The notes beneath the pieces are model-generated. The model was given only the letters and a program-made list of their open reading frames with translations, was not told the DNA's origin and did not search any database. DNA of 45,239 bases from Acidimicrobiaceae bacterium. Its GTDB lineage: Bacteria; Actinomycetota; Acidimicrobiia; Acidimicrobiales; Bog-793. Shown piece after piece: positions 27,396 to 34,677 of this stretch. How positions within the stretch are numbered: the stretch's first letter is position 1; every line of letters starts with the position of its first letter. The stretch covers positions 1-45,239 of the forward strand of contig JAODBN010000361.1 in the NCBI GenBank assembly GCA_025463965.1, given 5' to 3'. The position numbers were made by a program, and so were the translations under genes.

Positions 27396-28387
27396 AGAAG
27401 CTCATTAACGACCCGCAGGACTTTGTAGCGGAGATGCTAAAGGGAACCGCGCTCGCGAACCCGGGCTCCCTCCGGTACGTGCCGGAATTCAACCTCATCA
27501 TGCGCGTTGATGCTCCGCGTGAGGACAAGGTGTCGGTCATTCAAGGATCCGGATCTGGGCACGAGCCTGCGCACGTGATGTTCGTCGGGCGAGGGATGCT
27601 CGACGGCGCCTGCCCGGGCGACGTGTTCTCTGCTCCGCCGGTCGACTACGTCGTCGGAACGACCAAGATGCTGAACTCGCCGATGGGCGTGCTTTATCTC
27701 GTGAACAACTACACGGGCGATGGCATGGCGTTCGAGATGGCAGCGGAGATTGTCGAGGCCGAGGGCATCCGCGTAGCCACCGTCGTTATCGACGACGACG
27801 TGGCCGTGAAGGACTCGACCTATACGATCGGCCGTCGTGGCGTGGCAGGAAACTTCTTCGTCATCAAGGCTGTCGGGGCGGCGGCGGAACTCAGCGCGAG
27901 TCTCGACGATCTCGTTTTGCTCGGCAACCGGGTGAACTCTGTGACGCGAACGATGGGCATGGCACTTACCTCCTGCACGCCGCCCGCGAAAGGAAGCCCG
28001 CTCTTCGAGCTTGGCCAGAGTGAGATGGAGATGGGAGTCGGTATCCACGGCGAGCCGGGGCGGAGTCGGGAGCCGCTAGGGAGCGCAAACGAGATCATCG
28101 ATGCGCTGGTCGAAGCCGTTGTCGCAGATTTACCCTATCGGCGCGGCGATCAGGTCGCGCTGATGATCAACGGCCTCGGCGCCACCCCGGTCAGTGAGCT
28201 CTACCTCGCATATGGCCGGGCGCACGAGCAACTTGTGGCCCGGGGGATCGACGTCGCGCGTAGTTATGTCGGGGAGTACTGCACATCCCTCGACATGGCG
28301 GGGTGCTCGGTCACTCTCGTGCGACTGGATGACGGCCTCGTCGACTATCTGGCAGCACCCGCGGACGTCGCGGTTCGAATCTTCTAG
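27392..28387 (+). CDS. dhaK: Dihydroxyacetone kinase, substrate-binding subunit DhaK
   Basis: The start was set at ATG 27392 (ATGA overlap); the track's extension from 27035 overlaps dhaL. MKKLINDPQDFVAEMLKG, GSGSGHEPAH, NYTGD and EMGVGIHGEPG. Confidence 0.9.
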   Translation: MKKLINDPQDFVAEMLKGTALANPGSLRYVPEFNLIMRVDAPREDKVSVIQGSGSGHEPAHVMFVGRGMLDGACPGDVFSAPPVDYVVGTTKMLNSPMGVLYLVNNYTGDGMAFEMAAEIVEAEGIRVATVVIDDDVAVKDSTYTIGRRGVAGNFFVIKAVGAAAELSASLDDLVLLGNRVNSVTRTMGMALTSCTPPAKGSPLFELGQSEMEMGVGIHGEPGRSREPLGSANEIIDALVEAVVADLPYRRGDQVALMINGLGATPVSELYLAYGRAHEQLVARGIDVARSYVGEYCTSLDMAGCSVTLVRLDDGLVDYLAAPADVAVRIF

Positions 28388-28488
28388 GACTCGTTGGAGC
28401 ACGCGCGGGTTTGGGAGCAATGGTCATTACGGCGTGCTCGTCGCGGCGAACAGCCGTGCCTGCCGCACGGGAACACAAGGAGGGAACG

Positions 28489-29952
28489 ATGCGCGAGATC
28501 TTCGAGTACCGGTTCACGAAGCTCGACCCCGTTGGCGGGGACCACATCGACCCGCCCGGCGTTGCGATCTACGAGGGGCTCCTCAACAAGGGCCCGAGCG
28601 AACAGCCTCTGCCTGGGCTGGCGGTGGCGTGGTCGCCGAGTGAGGATGGCCTCGTCTGGCGTCTGCGGCTCCGTCCGGAAGCGCGGTTCCACTCGGGCGA
28701 TCCGTGCGACGCGCCGGCGGTCGTCGCCGCGCTCGAACGCTGTCGCTGGGGCGATGGCCGGACTCATCAGCTCTGGTACTGGGACCCGGTCGACACGGTC
28801 CGAGCGCTCGACGAGGGGACGATCGAGATCCGGCTGCACTATCCCTGGCTTCGACTCCCGACGCTGTTGTGGGGAACACACACTGCGATCGCCAATGACC
28901 GGCGTCGGGAAGCACTCGGCGCCCGCTACGGCATCGAGTTGGCAGATGGGACTGGGCCCTATCGTCTCGTTTCCTATGAGCCGGACGAGGTTGTGGGCGA
29001 ACTCGTCCACGGGGCGGGCGAGACGCGGCCGCGCGTCGTCAGCTGGATGTCCGAGAGCGATGACGACGCCCGGTGCGCGGCCCTAGGGCGCGACGACGTC
29101 GATGTTGTCCGAGCGGTGCGGCCGGAGTGGATCCAGCACGAGAGCGCCGAGCGCTGGCGCTACGTCGAGCAGGACGAGATCTCCCAGTTCTACCTAGCGC
29201 TCAGATTCGACGGAGCCTTCGGCTTTGACGACGTCGAGCTGCGGCGCGCCGTCGATGCCTTTGTAGACCGTCCTGCGCTCGTCGCGGCGGCGTTCGGCGG
29301 GCTCGGCAACGGCCGCCGCTCGCCAGTTCCGGTCGGGGACGTCTTCGCCTCGAACTTCGACCCCGCAACGGTACCGCCGCTGTCCATCGCCCAAGCGGAG
29401 GCGGTACTCGACGCCCATGGTCTGGTGCGGGGGCCAGACGGGGTGCGCATGAAGGACGGCGTTCCGCTGCGCCTGCCCTGCGTTACGCAGGACGCCCCGG
29501 CCTTTCGCCGGCTCGTCGGCGAGCTCGGCCGTCAGATCGCCGCGGCCGGCATCGTCCTCGAGTTCGAGTACTACACGCCGTTCGAAGACTTCTACCGGGC
29601 GTGCGCGAAGCGGCCGGCAGCCTTTGTGTCGAAGTGGCTTTGGCAGGACGCTATCGAGGCCGTCATGGGCTTCTCGCGGTCGTCGTGCACCGGAGACGCC
29701 GGGTGCAACTGGCAGGGCTCGATCGTGCCGGCCGTCGACGCCGCCTACGACCGGTTCCTCCAGGCGTCGACGCTTGAAGAGCTCGGCGAGCGGAGCCGCG
29801 AGGTCCAGGAGAGCTTCATGCGCGAACTGCCGTACATCCCACTCTGCTCGCCGGCGGAGACATACGCGATCTCGCCGCGAGTGCACGGGTTCGTCCCGGT
29901 GCCAGGGACGCTCTACCCTCTCTATGACAAGGTCCTGCTCGCCGATGAATGA
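28489..29952 (+). CDS. Family-5 solute-binding-protein homologue lacking any signal peptide (predicted cytoplasmic)
   Basis: ATG 28489 has a strong AAGGAGG RBS. The mature-type SBP_bac_5 core begins at residue about 5 (FTKLDPV...IYEGLLNK...PGLAVAWSPSEDGLVWRLRLRPEARFHSGDP). No hydrophobic or Tat N-terminus is present. The in-frame upstream extension (from 28411) is too short and uncharged to be a signal. Confidence 0.75.
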   Translation: MREIFEYRFTKLDPVGGDHIDPPGVAIYEGLLNKGPSEQPLPGLAVAWSPSEDGLVWRLRLRPEARFHSGDPCDAPAVVAALERCRWGDGRTHQLWYWDPVDTVRALDEGTIEIRLHYPWLRLPTLLWGTHTAIANDRRREALGARYGIELADGTGPYRLVSYEPDEVVGELVHGAGETRPRVVSWMSESDDDARCAALGRDDVDVVRAVRPEWIQHESAERWRYVEQDEISQFYLALRFDGAFGFDDVELRRAVDAFVDRPALVAAAFGGLGNGRRSPVPVGDVFASNFDPATVPPLSIAQAEAVLDAHGLVRGPDGVRMKDGVPLRLPCVTQDAPAFRRLVGELGRQIAAAGIVLEFEYYTPFEDFYRACAKRPAAFVSKWLWQDAIEAVMGFSRSSCTGDAGCNWQGSIVPAVDAAYDRFLQASTLEELGERSREVQESFMRELPYIPLCSPAETYAISPRVHGFVPVPGTLYPLYDKVLLADE

Positions 29953-30256
29953 GCCGACGGTGTATTGCGTCATCCTTTACCGCAAGGACGGTGTCTCCCG
30001 GGAGCAGTTCCTCGAGGCGTGGCTCGGCGAGCACCGCCGTCTCATTGGCGATCTCTCCGGCCTGACGGACGTGCGTCTGCTTCCCGTCGCCGAGCCCGCC
30101 GATGGCGGCCCCGATGGCGTGGGGCTGCTCCGTTTCGCCTCGGCAGCGCAGCTCACCGCCGCGCTCCAGTCCGAGCCCGCGCTCACGCTGCGACGCCACA
30201 CGGCGACTTTCTCCAAGTCGGACGCGGCGGTCCGGCTGCTGTTGACCGAGCCGTGA
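29945..30256 (+). CDS. EthD-domain protein (dimeric alpha/beta-barrel family)
   Basis: 103 aa. VYCVILYRKDGVSREQFLEAWLGEHRRLIGDLSGLTDVRLLPV fits the EthD pattern. The start overlaps the SBP-like stop by 8 nt, and the stop overlaps the next gene's GTG. Confidence 0.65.
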   Translation: MNEPTVYCVILYRKDGVSREQFLEAWLGEHRRLIGDLSGLTDVRLLPVAEPADGGPDGVGLLRFASAAQLTAALQSEPALTLRRHTATFSKSDAAVRLLLTEP

Positions 30257-32487
30257 CGACGCGGGAATTAGGGGCCGGTCCACCGATCGGCTACTTCGAC
30301 CGCTGGACGGCCCGACCTGGCGAGACGATAGAGCTGAAGGTGAGCAGCGAGATTGGCTTCGACGTGTCGATCATCCGCGTCTTACAGGCCGACAACAGCG
30401 CCTTGGCGCCCGGTCGGCGGGAGTACGTCGAGGAGTGGTGGCCAAGCTGTCGGTTTGGGGCGGCGGTGCAGAAGGTGGCGCCGGGCTCGTGCGTTCTCAC
30501 CGACCTGCTTCCGGCTCTGCAGACTGCCGAGAGATATGCGGTGGAGCTGATGTTCCGCCCGGGCGTGTTCGATGGCGGTGAGGCTCAAGTCGTCGCCGCT
30601 CTCCTCGCCGCCGACGGGCGCGCCAGTATGGAGCTCGCGCTCGACGGCGACGGCGGCCCCTACCTCGGGATCGGTTGCGGGCTGCGGCGACGGCGCGTCC
30701 GCGCCGGGCCGGCGACCGTTCTGCAAGTGGGCCGCTGGTACGAGGCGCGCCTCAGTGTCGACCTCGAGACTCGCCTGGCGCAGCTCGTGGTGGAGAGTGT
30801 GCTCGACGCGCCGAGCGGGCGCCAGCTCCTGGATGCAGAACTCGAGCTCGACGAGACCGACGTCGTGGCGCTGCGGGGGGATGCCCGCCCAGAACGCCTA
30901 ATGCTCGGTGCTGGCGGCGACTCCGACGTCGGCGAGCCCGGGGAGAACCCGCCGCGCGTCGGCCACTTTTCAGGGAAAGTAGAGGCGCCGACAGTCTCGG
31001 GGAGCGCTTCCTTGGCCGCGTTCGGCGGAGCGTTCAGCTACTCGTGGCAGCTCGGACCCGAGGTGCACAACGCGGCGGTCCTCGACGACCGGGGACAGGG
31101 CATCGTTGCCCATCTGCTCAATGCGCCGATGTCAGCAGTGACAGGTCACGCCTACGACGGGAGCGTCGTCTGTTACGCGCAGGCTCCGGACATGTATCGT
31201 GCCCTGGCACTCCATCGCGACGACCTTGAAGACGCCGGCTGGTCGACGACCGCCACGCTCACCTTGCCCGACGGACTGTCGTCCGGCGTGTATGCGGCCA
31301 AGTTGCAGAGCACGGCGGGATCTCGATACGTGCCCTTCTTCGTCGCCCCGCGGTCGGGCGGCGAGCGCCCGGCGATCGCCGTCGTGCTCCCTACCTTTAC
31401 CTATCTCGCGTACGCGAATGAGCACGTGCGCGAGTCGCTCCCCCACTTTGGGGAGACCCCGCAGCATCCGTCGCCTCAGGACCTCGAGATATCGGTGCAC
31501 CGCGACTTCGGGCTTTCATTGTACGACCACCACGATGACGGCACAGGGGTCTGCTTCTCGTCATGCCGTCGGCCGGTGCTCAACCTCGATCCGACCTACC
31601 GCTTCTGGCTGTTCGACGGACCGGTCCACCTCGGCGAGGACCTCTACCTGCTCGATTGGCTGGAGCGGGAGGGCTACGCCTTCGATGTCCTCACCGACCA
31701 TCTCTTGCACGGGGAGGGACAGCAAGCGCTCGCCGGGTACCGCGTCGTGCTGACGGGGAGTCACCCCGAGTACGTCAGCGAGCAGCTGATCGATGCCTTC
31801 GAAGCCCATGTCGAGGGCGGCGGCCGGCTGATGTACCTCGGTGGCAACGGGTTTTACTGGGTCACTTCCGTCCACCCCGAGCGGCCGCATCTGATCGAGG
31901 TGCGTCGGGGGAACGCCGGTGGCCGCGCCTGGGAGAGTGACCCGGGGGAGACCCACCATGCGACGACCGGGGAGCAAGGGGGCCTCTGGCGCCACCGCGG
32001 CCGGCCACCGAACCGGCTGCTCGGCGTCGGCTTCAGCGCGCAGGGTGCTGACGACGATGCGCCCGGATATCGACGGGTCTCGAGTGAGCCCCGCTGGAGC
32101 TTCGTTTTCGAGGGCCTGACCGACGACCAGGCGATCGGCGAATCGGGACTCCTTCTCGGCGGTGCGGCCGGCAACGAGGTGGATCGCGCCGACCCCCGCT
32201 GCGGCACACCGCCTGAGACGGTCGTGCTCGCGACCTCCACGGGCCATAGCGACGCATACCAGCTCGCCCACGAGGATCTCGCCTTCACCGCGCCGGACCA
32301 GGGTGGTACCAAGCAGCCGCTCGTCCGAGCGGATCTTACGATGACGCCCTACGTATCGGGTGGGTGCGTCTTTTCAGTGGGGGCGATCACCTGGCTCGGA
32401 GCGCTCGCCGCGTCCTCCTATGACAACGACGTCGCCCGGCTGACGGCGAACGTTCTCCGGCGCTTTCTCTCGCCCGCGCCTCTCTAA
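30253..32487 (+). CDS. N,N-dimethylformamidase beta (large) subunit-like protein, paralogue 1
   Basis: The start was set at GTG 30253 (GTGA overlap); the track's extension from 29965 overlaps the EthD gene. Blocks recalled from DmfA2-type proteins: IGYFDRWTARPGETIELKVS, PTFTYLAYANE, LTGSHPEY, GGRLMYLGGNGFYWV, HPERPHLIEVRR, LVRADLTM, ITWLGAL, NDVARLTANVLRRFL. Confidence 0.75.
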   Translation: MTTRELGAGPPIGYFDRWTARPGETIELKVSSEIGFDVSIIRVLQADNSALAPGRREYVEEWWPSCRFGAAVQKVAPGSCVLTDLLPALQTAERYAVELMFRPGVFDGGEAQVVAALLAADGRASMELALDGDGGPYLGIGCGLRRRRVRAGPATVLQVGRWYEARLSVDLETRLAQLVVESVLDAPSGRQLLDAELELDETDVVALRGDARPERLMLGAGGDSDVGEPGENPPRVGHFSGKVEAPTVSGSASLAAFGGAFSYSWQLGPEVHNAAVLDDRGQGIVAHLLNAPMSAVTGHAYDGSVVCYAQAPDMYRALALHRDDLEDAGWSTTATLTLPDGLSSGVYAAKLQSTAGSRYVPFFVAPRSGGERPAIAVVLPTFTYLAYANEHVRESLPHFGETPQHPSPQDLEISVHRDFGLSLYDHHDDGTGVCFSSCRRPVLNLDPTYRFWLFDGPVHLGEDLYLLDWLEREGYAFDVLTDHLLHGEGQQALAGYRVVLTGSHPEYVSEQLIDAFEAHVEGGGRLMYLGGNGFYWVTSVHPERPHLIEVRRGNAGGRAWESDPGETHHATTGEQGGLWRHRGRPPNRLLGVGFSAQGADDDAPGYRRVSSEPRWSFVFEGLTDDQAIGESGLLLGGAAGNEVDRADPRCGTPPETVVLATSTGHSDAYQLAHEDLAFTAPDQGGTKQPLVRADLTMTPYVSGGCVFSVGAITWLGALAASSYDNDVARLTANVLRRFLSPAPL

Positions 32488-34592
32488 GCGAGCATACGCT
32501 GGAGGACGTTCGTGCAGACTCGGGCGAGGTCGTTCTTCCCGTCCTCCACTGGGAGACATCCGCTCGCCGTGACCGACCCGAGGCTGAATACAATGCCGCC
32601 GGCCGGGGTGTGCCGGATCGTCATGTCAGCTCGCGTCTCGACGTCGGGGGCGCGCCCGGGCCCGCTCTCGAAGGTCCGAAAGAAAAAGCCTCCCGTCGGC
32701 ATCGCGCTCGCGAGCACAGTTGTTCCGACCGGCGCAAGGTCGGGGGTATAACGGTCGAATTCGAAGGCGACGGCGCCGCCCATGTTGAGTCCACATTCGC
32801 CGATTACGGCAGACGTGACGCCGTCAAACACCCACGCGAAGTCAGGGCCATACGAGGCGTCGGTGCGTTGGTAGCCGATGCCGGTATCCCAGCCGAAGCC
32901 CGCGAACCCGACCGAGACGATGGAGTCTGGCGGCCGCCCGCTCTGGGCCCACGTGCCGCCCCATTGCGGCTCGAAGACGTGAGCTACCTCGTCGCGCTCC
33001 GCGCTCCACGTCTGCGATCCACGCCAGCGCCGGACTTCCATGAGGTGTGGGCGCTCGTGATCGATGGAGGTCACCCAGTACAGGCCGTTGCCACCAAGAT
33101 AGATCAGGCTTCCTCCTGCATCGAGGTGGTGCTCGACGGCGTCGAGCATGGCGGCAGTCCAGTACTCGGGGTGCGCCGACAGCACGAGGACGCGTGCGCC
33201 CCTCAGTGCGCGGGCACCGTTCTCGTGAAGTACCCCGTCGGTGACGACGCCAAAGTCGATTCCACTCCGGTCGAGCCAGTAGTTGGCGTAGAGATCGGCC
33301 ATCAAAAGGTGCGTGGCCGTAGCCTCATCGCCCGGCGCTCCGGTCCCGGTGAAGGCGTCGACACTGTCGACCTCCAGGCGCGCGCCCGGCTCTAGGGTCG
33401 GCGAGGGCTTCAGCCGCGTCGTGACGTACACCGGAGAGCCATCGTTATGGAGCGCGTAGTGCGAGAGGCCGGGGTAGCGGTCCGCTTCCCGACCGAGGTT
33501 CGCGTACGCCTGCCAGGTGAATGTGGGCGCGAGCAGAAGAACAAGTGGGTTGACCTCTGGGGTCACGATGAAGGGGAGCTCGGCATCGCCATCGCTGCCA
33601 GAGACGTGCAGGCTGTAAAAGCCAGATCGCGCCGACTCCGGGACTGCGATCCGGTGGGTCCGCGGCCAGCGGCAGCTCTCGAGGTCGTCGCGATGCAGGT
33701 GCACGGTTGCGTAGGGCGCTGCCGTCATCGGGGGCTCGGTTGTGCCGTCGAGCGGCAATGGCCCCGACACGCCGAGTGCGGGCGCGTTAATGAGCGTGCC
33801 GTGGTGATTATTTGCCGACTGGTCCACGACTTTCCAGAGACTGTCGGCGCTCCCGAAGAGCCAGCTCCCGAGGATCGCGCGGCGCCTGCTCGTCCCCTCT
33901 ATGCCCCAGTTCATGAGCTCCATGAGACCAATCGCGTCAGGGATCTCAGCGAGGAGGAACGGAGCGTGGAGCTTGCCGTCAAACTGGCCGCGCGCCCATC
34001 CCTCGGACTCGGTGTGCCCGCCGAGCACGAGGGTCCCGTCCGATGTCGGCGGCGGCAGCGGCGCGATCGTGCGGACGAGCTCGTAGGGACCACCTGTGCG
34101 GCCGAGCTGTCCCCAGGCGAGCTTGACCAGTCCTGCCGACGCGTCGAGGCCGAGCCCCAGAAAGGCCCACTGGCGTTCGTACAGCTCGCGTGGGGACTCG
34201 AGAATCGTTTCCTCGCCGAGAACAAATCCAGGTCGCCCATTGCGGATCGCGAGCCGCGCCGCGCCGGACTTCGTCATCCAGGAGGCAACCACCGACGTCT
34301 CACGGAGCACAGTTGGCCAGATCCACGTCGCGAAGGTGAGCGGTCGGCCGTCCGTTGTGAGGGCGCCAGGAATTATCGCGCACGAGCCGGCTACAACAGT
34401 CTGTTCCTCGACGGGCTGCAGCTGCTCGAGGGGCCAGGAAGTCTCCTCAAATAGAGCACCGGGACCAAGATTTGGATCCGCGTGGACGAGACGGCGGACG
34501 TGCACATGCGGAGCGGCGTCTTGACCCGAAACGCGGGCGGCGAGGCTCGTCCCTGGCAGGACTTCGAAAGCATCAAGGTAGCCCCGCGCCAC
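32484..34592 (-). CDS. N,N-dimethylformamidase beta (large) subunit-like protein, paralogue 2
   Basis: 702 aa with a GTG start and no RBS (see the promoter feature). It has the same block order as paralogue 1: RGYLDAFEVLPGTSL, APTFTWQAYAN, LSAHPEYWT, GGSLIYLGGNGLYWV, HERPHLMEVRR, TRADMTI, NDLARVCTNVLQRML. Its stop codon overlaps that of paralogue 1. Confidence 0.75.
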   Translation of the reverse strand: MARGYLDAFEVLPGTSLAARVSGQDAAPHVHVRRLVHADPNLGPGALFEETSWPLEQLQPVEEQTVVAGSCAIIPGALTTDGRPLTFATWIWPTVLRETSVVASWMTKSGAARLAIRNGRPGFVLGEETILESPRELYERQWAFLGLGLDASAGLVKLAWGQLGRTGGPYELVRTIAPLPPPTSDGTLVLGGHTESEGWARGQFDGKLHAPFLLAEIPDAIGLMELMNWGIEGTSRRRAILGSWLFGSADSLWKVVDQSANNHHGTLINAPALGVSGPLPLDGTTEPPMTAAPYATVHLHRDDLESCRWPRTHRIAVPESARSGFYSLHVSGSDGDAELPFIVTPEVNPLVLLLAPTFTWQAYANLGREADRYPGLSHYALHNDGSPVYVTTRLKPSPTLEPGARLEVDSVDAFTGTGAPGDEATATHLLMADLYANYWLDRSGIDFGVVTDGVLHENGARALRGARVLVLSAHPEYWTAAMLDAVEHHLDAGGSLIYLGGNGLYWVTSIDHERPHLMEVRRWRGSQTWSAERDEVAHVFEPQWGGTWAQSGRPPDSIVSVGFAGFGWDTGIGYQRTDASYGPDFAWVFDGVTSAVIGECGLNMGGAVAFEFDRYTPDLAPVGTTVLASAMPTGGFFFRTFESGPGRAPDVETRADMTIRHTPAGGIVFSLGSVTASGCLPVEDGKNDLARVCTNVLQRMLA

Positions 34593-34598
34593 AGGGCC

Positions 34599-34634
34599 AC
34601 AGTAACATGGGCTTTCCGTTGGACAAGCGCTTGA
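34599..34634 (-). promoter_or_regulatory. Candidate leaderless promoter of DMFase-like paralogue 2, overlapped by the third LacI-type palindrome (divergent lacI side)
   Basis: The minus strand reads CAAGCGCTTGTCC - 16 nt - TACTGT - 6 nt - GTG. The -35-like TTGTCC is at 34626-34621 and the -10-like TACTGT at 34604-34599. The palindrome core is at 34624-34633 (ACAAGCGCTTGA at 34623-34634). The GTG start at 34592 lies where transcription would begin. Confidence 0.55.
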
Positions 34635-34677
34635 TCATCGGCCTTCGAGGCCCCAATTCAGGAAGACGGTTCTCGCA

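Noticed and set aside
28372-28381. GGTTCGAATC, a tRNA T-loop-like string
   Set aside because: It sits in frame in the last codons of dhaK (…AVRIF-stop), and no acceptor or anticodon arms can be drawn around it.
28411-28488. In-frame upstream extension of the SBP-like gene ending in a lipobox-like ITAC
   Set aside because: Only about 9 residues precede the Cys, with no basic n-region and no hydrophobic core. The strong AAGGAGG RBS serves the downstream ATG at 28489.
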